A stretch of 64,000 nucleotides of DNA from Nitrospirota bacterium (GTDB lineage: Bacteria > Nitrospirota > UBA9217). The DNA lies in contig CAVVUN010000015.1 of assembly GCA_963751455.1 (NCBI GenBank), positions 384,001 through 448,000 of the forward strand, read 5' to 3'. The notes beneath the pieces are model-generated. The model worked only from the letters and a program-made list of their open reading frames with translations, was not told the DNA's origin and made no database searches. Positions 30,704-39,180 of the stretch are shown piece after piece (within the stretch, counting starts at the first letter, position 1; every line of letters begins with the position of its first letter). Made by a program: the position numbers and the translations under genes.

Positions 30704-33097
30704 ATGAACGAAGCTGAAACCAGAGCCGAACATATTGATCCTGCCCTCAAGGCTGCGGGCTGGGGTATGGTGGATGGCAGCCGCATTCTGCGCGAGTATC
30801 CCATTACGCTGGGCCGACTCGAAGGCGCAGGTCGGCGCGGCAAAGCTCTCTCAGCTGATTATGTGCTGGTCTTTCGCAACCGTAAGCTTGCGGTCGTTGA
30901 GGCCAAGGCGTGGGATGAAGATCTGACCGAGGGCGTGGCGCAGGCGAAGAACTATGCGGAGAAACTGGCCATCCGCTACACATATTCCACGAACGGGCAG
31001 GGTATCTACGGCATTGACATGCAGTCCGGCAAGGAAGGCGAGGTGCCTCGCTACCCCACGCCAGAAGACCTCTGGAATTTGACCTTTTCCGAAGAAAACA
31101 TCTGGCGCGACCGTTTTGCTTCCGTGCCGTTCGAGGACAGAGGCGGCACCTATAGCGTGCGGTATTATCAGGACATCGCCATTAACAGGGTGATGGACGC
31201 CATAGCCGAAAACAAATCGCGCATCTTGATAACACTGGCGACCGGTACGGGCAAAACCTTCATTGCCTTCCAGATCGCCTGGAAGCTCTTTCACAGTCGT
31301 TGGAACCTGAACCGCGAAGCCACACGCCGACCGCGTATCCTGTTTCTCGCCGATCGCAATATCCTGGCAGACCAGGCTTATAATGCCTTCTCCGCTTTCC
31401 CAGAAGATGCGCTGGTGCGGATTGCGCCGGATGACATCCGCAAGAAGGGCAGAGTCCCGAAGAACGGCAGCTTGTTCTTTACAATCTTTCAAACCTTCAT
31501 GAGCGGGCCGCCCGTGGATGGCAAGCCGTCCCCCTATTTCGGCGAGTATTCTTCGGATTTCTTCGATTTCATCGTCATCGACGAGTGTCATCGTGGCGGC
31601 GCGAACGACGAGAGCAACTGGCGCGGCATCATGGATTACTTCGCCCCTGCCGTGCAACTCGGGCTCACCGCAACACCCAGGCGCAAGGACAACGCGGATA
31701 CTTACGCCTACTTTGATGATCCGGTATATATCTATTCTCTTAAAGAAGGCATCAACGACGGTTTCTTGACGCCATTTAAGGTGAAACAGTTTGCCACTAC
31801 GCTGGATGAATATGTCTATACATCAGATGACACCTTGGTCGAAGGCGTAGTAGAATCGGGCAGGCTTTATACGGAGCCGGATTTTAATAAGATCATCGAG
31901 ATCGACGTGCGTGAAGCCTACAGGGTAAAGTTGTTCATGGAGCAGATCAACCAGAAGGAAAAGACGCTGGTATTTTGCGCTAACCAGGCCCATGCTCTGG
32001 CTGTGCGAGACCTTATTAATCAGATGAAGACGAGCAGGGAGCCGAACTATTGTGTTCGTGTAACGGCGAATGACGGCGCGCTCGGTGACCAGTACCTGAG
32101 AGAATTTCAGGACAACGAAAAGAGTATCCCAACGATTCTGACCACCTCGCAAAAACTTTCGACGGGCGTGGACGCACGAAATATCCGAAACATTGTGCTG
32201 ATGCGGCCGATCAACTCGATGATTGAGTTCAAGCAGATTATTGGGCGCGGAACCCGGCTGTTTGACGGCAAGGATTACTTCACGATTTACGATTTTGTGA
32301 AAGCGCACCACCACTTTAGCGATCCGGCATGGGACGGGGAACCGTTAGAACCAGAGCCGTGCTCGAAATGTGGAGAAAGACCGTGCGTCTGTGAAAAAAG
32401 GCCGCCTCAACCCTGCAAGGTCTGCGGCAAGCAACCTTGCGTTTGTATAAAGGAGCCTTGTGCGATATGCGGCCAACGACCTTGTGGATGCAAGAAGAAA
32501 GCGAAGGTAAAGCTGGCCGACGGTAAGGAGCGAACTATTCAGCATATTATGGTGACGACTTTCTGGGGGCCGGATGGAAAGCCTCTGTCTGCTGCGCAAT
32601 TTTTGGAGAGTCTGTTCGGGACGCTGCCTGAATTCTTCCAGGACGAGGACGAGTTGAGAAAGATATGGAGTGTTCCTAATACTAGGAGGAAATTCTTAGA
32701 GGGTTTGGCTGACAAAGGTTTTGGAAGAGAACCATTGGCAGAGATGCAGAAGATCATCGAAGCTGAAAAGAGCGACCTTTTTGATGTCCTCGCCTATGTT
32801 GCCTTTGCGCTGCAGCCGGTGACCCGTGAAGAACGGGCGAATAAGGCAAAGACGGTCATCCATGTTCAGTTCAACGATAAACAACAGGCTTTCTTAGATT
32901 TTGTGCTGGCGCAATATGTAAAAGAGGGCGTTGACGAGTTGGATCAAGCAAAGCTTACGCCGCTTCTGCGGCTGAAGTATCGTGATTCACTTGCGGATGC
33001 CGTGGCCGATCTTGGTCCGGCGACTGAAATCGGCAAGGTGTTCAGCGGCTTTCAGAAGTATCTTTATCAACATACGGGGGGAACTGCGGGACGTTGA
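30704..33097 (+). CDS. hsdR: type I restriction subunit R (EcoAI-like)
   Basis: MNEAETR...ID, ADYVL...VVEAK, ATGTGKT, DECHR, GLTATP and QIIGRGTR motifs, plus an EcoEI_R_C-like tail. Confidence 0.95.
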   Translation: MNEAETRAEHIDPALKAAGWGMVDGSRILREYPITLGRLEGAGRRGKALSADYVLVFRNRKLAVVEAKAWDEDLTEGVAQAKNYAEKLAIRYTYSTNGQGIYGIDMQSGKEGEVPRYPTPEDLWNLTFSEENIWRDRFASVPFEDRGGTYSVRYYQDIAINRVMDAIAENKSRILITLATGTGKTFIAFQIAWKLFHSRWNLNREATRRPRILFLADRNILADQAYNAFSAFPEDALVRIAPDDIRKKGRVPKNGSLFFTIFQTFMSGPPVDGKPSPYFGEYSSDFFDFIVIDECHRGGANDESNWRGIMDYFAPAVQLGLTATPRRKDNADTYAYFDDPVYIYSLKEGINDGFLTPFKVKQFATTLDEYVYTSDDTLVEGVVESGRLYTEPDFNKIIEIDVREAYRVKLFMEQINQKEKTLVFCANQAHALAVRDLINQMKTSREPNYCVRVTANDGALGDQYLREFQDNEKSIPTILTTSQKLSTGVDARNIRNIVLMRPINSMIEFKQIIGRGTRLFDGKDYFTIYDFVKAHHHFSDPAWDGEPLEPEPCSKCGERPCVCEKRPPQPCKVCGKQPCVCIKEPCAICGQRPCGCKKKAKVKLADGKERTIQHIMVTTFWGPDGKPLSAAQFLESLFGTLPEFFQDEDELRKIWSVPNTRRKFLEGLADKGFGREPLAEMQKIIEAEKSDLFDVLAYVAFALQPVTREERANKAKTVIHVQFNDKQQAFLDFVLAQYVKEGVDELDQAKLTPLLRLKYRDSLADAVADLGPATEIGKVFSGFQKYLYQHTGGTAGR

Positions 33098-33256
33098 TGT
33101 TTTTTGTTGCAAAGAAGACTTAGAGGATGAAGGTCACAGGGACAATAGTAGAGCCTATTAGAGGACTTTGAGATTGACATTTTAAATTGACGAAAACGTT
33201 TATTTCAACCAGTAATTGATAATTGAAGTTCCCTCTGGCGAAGTGAACAGTTAGCA

Positions 33257-33541
33257 GGTGAAATCAATAACCGTTTTTTCTCAATGTGCTCCGGTGACCT
33301 TATTTTTTCCACGATTTTGGGAGAACGCCCTCTGAATCTTATTCTTTTGTTTCCTGAAGATTTTATCCATGGCACAAATCGCGTACGGCTTGAAGGCCGA
33401 CGGTTAAAGCACGTGTTTGAAGTCCATCGGGCGAAGATCAATGACGAGCTTTGCGTCGGACTCATGAATGACCGGATCGGGACGGGACGGATCTCCGCTC
33501 TCAAGCTCCTGAATGCCTTTCGGGTGGAGAAAAGCTATTGA
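33257..33541 (+). pseudogene. rsmE: truncated, internally deleted copy of the rsmE upstream region and 5' half
   Basis: Highly similar to 38012-38260, then jumps to the LLNAFRVEKSY segment (~38405-38440) and stops. Confidence 0.85.
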
Positions 33542-33578
33542 AAACTTCTTGGGGTCAAAAACTTCTTGGGGTCAGGTC
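33541..33578. repeat. 17-bp perfect tandem repeat ending in GGGGTCAGGTC
   Basis: AAAACTTCTTGGGGTCA twice (33541-33557, 33558-33574), exactly at the rsmE' breakpoint. Confidence 0.8.
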
Positions 33579-33755
33579 CATACTGTTGGACTTTTCCTTA
33601 AAACGTCCCACCTTGAAAAATCTGCTTTGTTAAAAGCAACACTTGTAGGTATCAATTAAGACGAAGAACAATCCGGGACGTTGATACGCAACGTGCAAAA
33701 AACCATCTGAGTAGAGCCGACGAAATCGTTCAGCCCAACCACGCCCTGATACTCT

Positions 33756-33977
33756 TTAATCCAACAGCGTTTCCCATCGGCAACCAATCGCTCTTTGAAT
33801 TCTTTTTGCCGTGGTTAAGAGAATATTGGTTTGTCCCGCCTCAATTTTTTGAACAGTCCTCACGTTTAAAAAGGTAAGCTCTGCGAGTTTTTCCTGGGTG
33901 ATATTGCGTGCGGTTCTTTCTCGCCGCAAATTCTCGCCGAAAAGCTTTAATTCTTTTTGTATTTGTTTTTTATTCAT
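33756..33977 (-). CDS. XRE/Cro-C1 HTH transcriptional regulator (controller-protein-like)
   Basis: FGENLRRER...TQEKLAE...TVQKIEAGQTN...IQRAIG; ATG at 33977. Confidence 0.88.
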   Translation of the reverse strand: MNKKQIQKELKLFGENLRRERTARNITQEKLAELTFLNVRTVQKIEAGQTNILLTTAKRIQRAIGCRWETLLD

Positions 33978-34034
33978 ACGCCCTATTATGCCGTAAAATA
34001 ATTCTTGACAACACGGCATGATAGGGCGTAAAGT
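33977..34034. promoter_or_regulatory. operator palindrome overlapping divergent promoters
   Basis: TACGCCCTATTATGCCGT / ACGGCATGATAGGGCGTA (17/18 inverted match) with TTGACA in the spacer and TAAAGT at 34029. Confidence 0.7.
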
Positions 34035-34118
34035 AATTTATTGTGGATCGCGTTTCTCAGACCCAAAATCGAGATAAATAAATGGAAAAATAAGTAACCG
34101 CGTGTTTGGGGGTCTATC

Positions 34119-34376
34119 GTGAGCACATCGAAGAAACGGGTGAAATCACTGCGAAGAAGACAGCCGGTAACGCTGGACATGATCGATCAGGCCAATGTGG
34201 ACATTGATTTTGTCGAAAGCTTCATAGATCTGCTTTCCATTGTCAGCGAGGCGGCACAGCTTGACGGCGTCAGAAGCAGCGCAATAACTTGCATGTGCAG
34301 CCAGTCGAAAATCAGGATAGACGCGATTAAAGGATTTATAAGAAGCCTTCCGGGGTGTACCGGGGTAAGCCCGTGA
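34119..34376 (+). CDS. small hypothetical helical protein
   Basis: 85-aa ORF divergent from the HTH gene, downstream of the TTGACA promoter. Confidence 0.5.
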   Translation: MSTSKKRVKSLRRRQPVTLDMIDQANVDIDFVESFIDLLSIVSEAAQLDGVRSSAITCMCSQSKIRIDAIKGFIRSLPGCTGVSP

Positions 34377-34413
34377 CCGGACTTTAGCTTGTAACCACAT
34401 AAAGGTCGGGTCA

Positions 34414-34776
34414 TGAAATATCACTTTTTAGTTTACAGACCTTGATCTCATTCCCCTGTTTTCCTTGATTCGTAATCCCGCGACTTAGCATCCCCCGGCC
34501 CTGCCGGGATGAAACGCGCTTACTCGCGCGTGGCTTCAACGAGCCAGGCTGTCGCGAGTGCGCAGTCCCGGGAGGTCGCGACTATTTAGACCCGACAAGT
34601 CGGGATGCCGGAGGGGGCTCCACTCAGCCAGCGGCCTTGCCCATATCGATCAGCATTTTTCGATCCTGATCGACTCTCATCTCCAGCAATGCAGAAGTTC
34701 TTCCTCGATCTTCACGAAATGTCTGAACGCTTCGATCAGCTTCGGGTCCTGCATGGCTTCCGCATCATGCCTGCCC
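34414..34776 (-). pseudogene. duplicated 3' gene fragment plus downstream DNA, copy 1
   Basis: Matches 35568-35779; the minus strand encodes a decayed ...EAFRHFVKIEEELL...RVDQDRKMLIDMGKAAG*. Confidence 0.75.
34474..34623. mobile_element. small palindromic non-autonomous element (IS200/IS605-end-like), copy A
   Basis: Absent from the paralogous fragment at ~35625. Shares AATCCCGCGACTT, GGGAGGTCGCG and TGCCGGAGGGGGCTCCAC with 59020-59128. Confidence 0.75.
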
Positions 34777-34850
34777 GTTCGATGTATTGACATCGGTCTG
34801 ATCCAAGCATATAGTCGTTACAGATAGTTTCATCGTATAGGAGACGTTAT

Positions 34851-35450
34851 ATGAGTTCTTCTCATTATCTTCCTGATAATTTGAAAGCACATACTAAGGC
34901 TATGATGTTTATCGATGGCGAAAACTTGGCAATTCGGTATAAGAACGCGATATCTGGAGATCAGCCGTTACCGCACGTCGAAGTGTTGGAGGACGTTTAC
35001 GTCTGGTCCAGAGTAGCCAATATTCCCCACCATACTCATTGTGAGGTAATGCGTAAATACTATTATACAGCAGTACAGGGAGACGAAGACAAAATTCGGG
35101 ATGTAGAGCGAAAGTTAAAAGATCTCGGCATTGAAGCGCCGAAGGTTTTTAAAAAGGTAAAAGGCCGGTCATCAAAAAGAGTGGATATAACATTGGCTAC
35201 AGATATGCTTACTCATGCAAATCGCGGAAATTATGATATCGCGATTCTTGTTGCTGGTGATGCTGATTACGTCCCTCTCGTTCAGGCAATAAAAGGCGAA
35301 GGCCGCCGCGTTGTAGTTTGGTTTTTTGAGTCAGGCGGAGGTCTAAGTGATAAATTGCAAATGGAGGCAGATTACTTTTCTGACATATCCTGGTTTTTCC
35401 TTAAACCAGCTGACAAAATTAGGGTGTATTATCCGGGGGTAGGGCTGTAA
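34851..35450 (+). CDS. NYN domain (LabA/DUF88, PIN-like) putative ribonuclease
   Basis: FIDGENL, KRVDITLATDM, LVAGDADYVPLV and ADYF motifs. Confidence 0.92.
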   Translation: MSSSHYLPDNLKAHTKAMMFIDGENLAIRYKNAISGDQPLPHVEVLEDVYVWSRVANIPHHTHCEVMRKYYYTAVQGDEDKIRDVERKLKDLGIEAPKVFKKVKGRSSKRVDITLATDMLTHANRGNYDIAILVAGDADYVPLVQAIKGEGRRVVVWFFESGGGLSDKLQMEADYFSDISWFFLKPADKIRVYYPGVGL

Positions 35451-35567
35451 AGCCTGGCTTCTTTAGACCTGCCCCTCGAAAATAGTGCCATTTCCGATTA
35501 GAGTGTGACATAATATCGCCACTCGAAAAGAGAACTTTGCGAACCAAATGGGATCGCGTCTTCGTCT

Positions 35568-35779
35568 TGAAATATCACTTTTCAACTTACAGACCTGATC
35601 TCATTCCCCGGTTTTCCTTGATTCGTGGTCAGCCAGCGGCCTTGCCCATCTCGATCAGCACTTTTCGATCCTGGTCGACTCTCATCTCCAGCAAATGCAT
35701 AAGTTCTTCCTCGATCTCCACGAAATGTTTAAATGCTTCGAGCTTCGGGTCCTGCAGCGCTTCAGCATCATGCCTGCCC
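35568..35779 (-). pseudogene. duplicated 3' gene fragment, copy 2 (empty site)
   Basis: Direct repeat of 34414-34776 without the 150-bp insertion. Confidence 0.75.
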
Positions 35780-35998
35780 ATGGGCAGGTCCCGGTATCCT
35801 GCCATCCGCCTTGCAGTTTTTTCAAGGTGCGGACATCTTGCGAGACAGTGACCGAAATGGGATAAAATTAATTCTGCAGCCCGTTACTTCTTCACATCTT
35901 TCACACCTTAATTGCTATTTTTTCAGCTTTAAACAAAATCAAGATTTGTAGGTGTAGTATTTATCCCGGCTCAAACCATCGCAAAATCAATCAACTCT

Positions 35999-36265
35999 TC
36001 AGTTTCCCTTTTTCAGCTCCTGCGCCACAACAGCCATTGCTACGCCGCCGAGGATCAGTATTGATGCGATCACGAGCCTGAGCGTGACGAGTTCGGACAG
36101 GAATATCACCCCGCCGAACGCGTCCAGGACAGGGACCGACAGCCGGACTGCGGCTGCGCGCGTCGAAGAAAGGCCGCGGAGCGCAGCGTACCAGATGACG
36201 TAGCCGATTCCTGAAGCAGCAGTGCCGGAGAGGACTGCGAGCAGGACGGCTTCAGCGTCCACATG
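35999..36265 (-). pseudogene. C-terminal fragment of a DMT/EamA transporter
   Basis: ASGIGYVIWYAALRGLSSTRAAAVRLSVPVL...GGVIFLSE; N-terminal part missing. Confidence 0.75.
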
Positions 36266-36269
36266 AAGC

Positions 36270-36387
36270 AAAATGTCGGCACATAGTGCTCATATGCCGA
36301 CATTTTTTATCGCAAAATGGGAAGTGTGAACAAAATTTATAGTGTGAAACTGTTGACATTTAATTATAAGTGTGTACAATTTCACAC
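36270..36387 (+). promoter_or_regulatory. abiE promoter with inverted-repeat operators, probably leaderless
   Basis: TTGACA (36353)-16 bp-TACAAT (36375), with ATG 7 nt downstream. Inverted repeats GTGTGAAACTGT/ACAATTTCACAC and AAAATGTCGGCA/TGCCGACATTTT. Confidence 0.75.
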
Positions 36388-36993
36388 ATGAAGCGGTCAC
36401 AAGTCAACGAAACCCTAAAGTTCGCCCGGAAGCGGGGGATTTTCACTGCCGGGGAGGCGGCGCGAGAGGGCATTCACAGCCAAATTCTTACGCGGCTCGT
36501 TCAGCAGGGCGCCGTCGAGCGCATTGCCCGGGGACAATACCGTCTCCCGGAGCAACCATTCACCGAGCATCATACGCTCGCTGTGGTCGCTCGCGCCGTA
36601 CCTGACGGCGTGGTCTGTCTTATCTCTGCGCTGAGCTTTCACGAAATCGGCACCCAGCTCCCTCCCCACATCTGGCTTGCTGTTGACCGGCGAGCACGCA
36701 GCCCGAAGATGCGCTACCCTGCGCTTCGCGTCGTAAAATTCAGCGAAAAGGCTTTTACCGAGGGCATCGAAATTCACAACATCGAAGGGCAGCCGGTGAA
36801 AATATACGGCGTTGCCAAGACCCTTGCTGACCTTTTCAAATACCGCAACAAGATCGGTCTTGATGTCGCTCTTGAAGCCCTGCGCGAGGCATGGCGAGAG
36901 CGCCGCTTCACCATGAATGAAATGGATCGCTATGCGCGGATTTGCCGCGTCCAACGTGTCATGAAGCCGTATCTGGAGGCCTTGGTCGCATGA
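36388..36993 (+). CDS. abiEi: type IV TA antitoxin, AbiEi family
   Basis: N-terminal wHTH (ERIARGQY), VVCLISALSFHEIGTQLP, KTLADLFKYRNKIGLDVALEAL and VMKPYLEAL. Confidence 0.92.
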   Translation: MKRSQVNETLKFARKRGIFTAGEAAREGIHSQILTRLVQQGAVERIARGQYRLPEQPFTEHHTLAVVARAVPDGVVCLISALSFHEIGTQLPPHIWLAVDRRARSPKMRYPALRVVKFSEKAFTEGIEIHNIEGQPVKIYGVAKTLADLFKYRNKIGLDVALEALREAWRERRFTMNEMDRYARICRVQRVMKPYLEALVA

Positions 36994-37928
36994 GAGCCAA
37001 GACCCACGGCCTTTCCCGGTCAATACACACGCGCCTTGTCAGTCACGCCCGGTCGCTGGGCGTAGAGACGGAGCTCCTGCTGACGCGCTTCGCCACAGAG
37101 CGGTTCCTCTACAGGTTGTCCCGTTCGCCTCATGCCGGGCGATTTGTTCTCAAGGGCGCGCTCCTCATGCTCGCGTGGCTTGGTGAGACGATCCGGCCGA
37201 CGCGCGATGCCGATCTTCTCGGTTTCGGAGACCTGTCGGATGAAGCGTTGGTCAATATTTTTCAGGACGTATGTGCCGTGGAAGTAGAGCCGGACGCCAT
37301 GACGTACCATCAGGACTCCATCCGGGTGGCGGCAATCCGTGATGAGGATGCCTACGGCGGAAGACGTGTAACGCTTCGCGCGCAGCTCGGGTCGGCCCGT
37401 CTTCGCGTTCAGGTGGACGTGGGCCTCGGGGATGCGATATCACCGCCGCCTCAATGGCTGAACTATCCAGGTCTGCTTAATCTACCGGAGCCGCGGTTGC
37501 GGGCGTATCGTCCGGAGACGGTGATAGCAGAAAAGTTCCATGCCATGGTGCTGCTTGGCACAAACAACAGCCGCATGAGGGACTTCTTTGACGTGTACGT
37601 GCTGGCTCAGTTCCAAACCTTTAACGGCGATCTTCTCGCGGGTGCGCTTCGCGCAACCTTCGAGCGGCGACGCACCGCCATCCCTGGCGGGCTGCCGACA
37701 GCGCTCAGGTCCGAGTTCGCAGCAATGCGGGACAAACAGGCGCAGTGGCGGGCATTTCTTACGAAGAGCGGCCTTACCTCCGCACCATCGGGACTTGCAG
37801 AGGTCATTAAGCGTCTTGCGCAATTCATGGAACCGGTCATCAAGGCTGCACGCACGGGTACACCTTACCCCAAATCATGGCCACCCGGCGGTCCATGGGA
37901 GGCGGCGAAGAATCCGCCGAGATTATGA
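36990..37928 (+). CDS. abiEii: type IV TA toxin, AbiEii nucleotidyltransferase
   Basis: ERFLYRLS, FVLKGA, RPTRDADL, DVGLGD, ETVIAEK and NSRMRDFFD motifs; ATGA overlap with the antitoxin. Confidence 0.93.
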   Translation: MRAKTHGLSRSIHTRLVSHARSLGVETELLLTRFATERFLYRLSRSPHAGRFVLKGALLMLAWLGETIRPTRDADLLGFGDLSDEALVNIFQDVCAVEVEPDAMTYHQDSIRVAAIRDEDAYGGRRVTLRAQLGSARLRVQVDVGLGDAISPPPQWLNYPGLLNLPEPRLRAYRPETVIAEKFHAMVLLGTNNSRMRDFFDVYVLAQFQTFNGDLLAGALRATFERRRTAIPGGLPTALRSEFAAMRDKQAQWRAFLTKSGLTSAPSGLAEVIKRLAQFMEPVIKAARTGTPYPKSWPPGGPWEAAKNPPRL

Positions 37929-38086
37929 GGGTCACTTCTCGATTCTTGCCAAATAGCACCTTTCAAGCAGTAAATGGTGCAATCTCACTTCTGCGCCATC
38001 TGTTTAGTTGTAGGTGAAGTCAATAACCGTTTTTGCTCAATGCCGCTCCGGTGACCTTCTTGTTTCACGATTTCGGGAGAACGCCT

Positions 38087-38798
38087 CTGAATCTTATCCT
38101 TTTATTTCCTGAAGACCTTATCCATGGCACGAATCGCGCGCGGCTTGAAGGCCGACGTTTAAAGCACGTGCTTGAAGTTCATCGCGCGAAGATCAATGAT
38201 GAGCTTTGCGTGGGACTCATGAATGACCGGATCGGCACGGGACGGATCAACGTGCTCAATGGGTCCTTCCTTGAAATGGACGTGCGGCTCGAAGCGTATG
38301 CCGCCCGCACCCTTGCCCGTTACGCTTATTCTCGCGCTTCCTCGGCCTAAAGTGCTGAAAAGGGTTCTTCGCTCCGCGTCGGCAATGGGCGTGAAGCGGA
38401 TCGTTCTTCTGAATGCTTTCCGGGTGGAGAAAAGCTATTGGGGAAGTCCGGCTCTCGCGTCCGATAATCTGCGGGAGCAGCTTATCTCCGGCCTGGAGCA
38501 GGCGCGCGACACGGTTATTCCCGAAGTGCTGTTGCGACCTCTGTTCAAGCCCTTTGTCGAGGACGAACTTCCCGGTATTGCAAAGGGCACGGTTTCACTC
38601 GTTGCCCATCCCTATGCATCATTACCCTGCCCTCGAACAGCGGAAAAAGCCGTTACTCTCGTAGTGGGCCCTGAAGGCGGATTTATTCCGTATGAAATCG
38701 AAAAACTTGCTGCAGCCGGATTTACGGCTGTCCAGGCAGGTGAGCGGATTCTGAACGTGGAAACCGCTGTGCCAGCTCTGCTGTCCCTTCTGTTCTAG
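38087..38798 (+). CDS. rsmE: 16S rRNA m3U1498 methyltransferase (one +1 frameshift near 38294; CTG start)
   Basis: LNLILLFPED, LALPRPK, GLEQARDT, VGPEGGF and GERILNVETA; total length 712 = 3n+1. Confidence 0.9.
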
Positions 38799-38875
38799 TC
38801 TCTTCTTTAAGTATTAAAAAAATAAATAATTTTTCGCCGTTAATAAGCAATGTCTGCGTAAAAAAGTATCTCAAA

Positions 38876-39057
38876 AGTGGCGTCAAATAACGCCACTGGC
38901 GTTAAATGCCGATGCTTTTTTCGATCTTTATTATCAGATAACGGTATATCGTCGCCCGTTGTAATACTTTTGGCACACATCTTTTTAAATTAAATGTCAA
39001 AAGACGGATATTTTCTGTATTTTCCTTCTTAAACAGGTACATGGCAGTTATCGTGCA
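38876..39057 (+). promoter_or_regulatory. putative sigma-54 promoter with upstream activator palindrome
   Basis: TGGCAGTTATCGTGCA (GG-N10-GC) at 39042-39057; AGTGGCGT-N6-ACGCCACT at 38876-38897, about 150 bp upstream. Confidence 0.5.
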
Positions 39058-39180
39058 TATATTCTCCATGCATTTAATAATCTGTTGCAGGGAACCGAAG
39101 CAGGGTCATTTACGAGCAACTCAGCAAACTGGATTTACTCGGTCTGAATAAAACCAGGCTTTTATTTAAGGAGATCTTTT

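Noticed and set aside
33200-38020. Integron cassette array
   Set aside because: GTTAG at ~33250 has no convincing attC partner structure, and no integrase is present.
38970-38987. Second sigma-54 site TTGGCACACATCTTTT
   Set aside because: It lacks the -12 GC.
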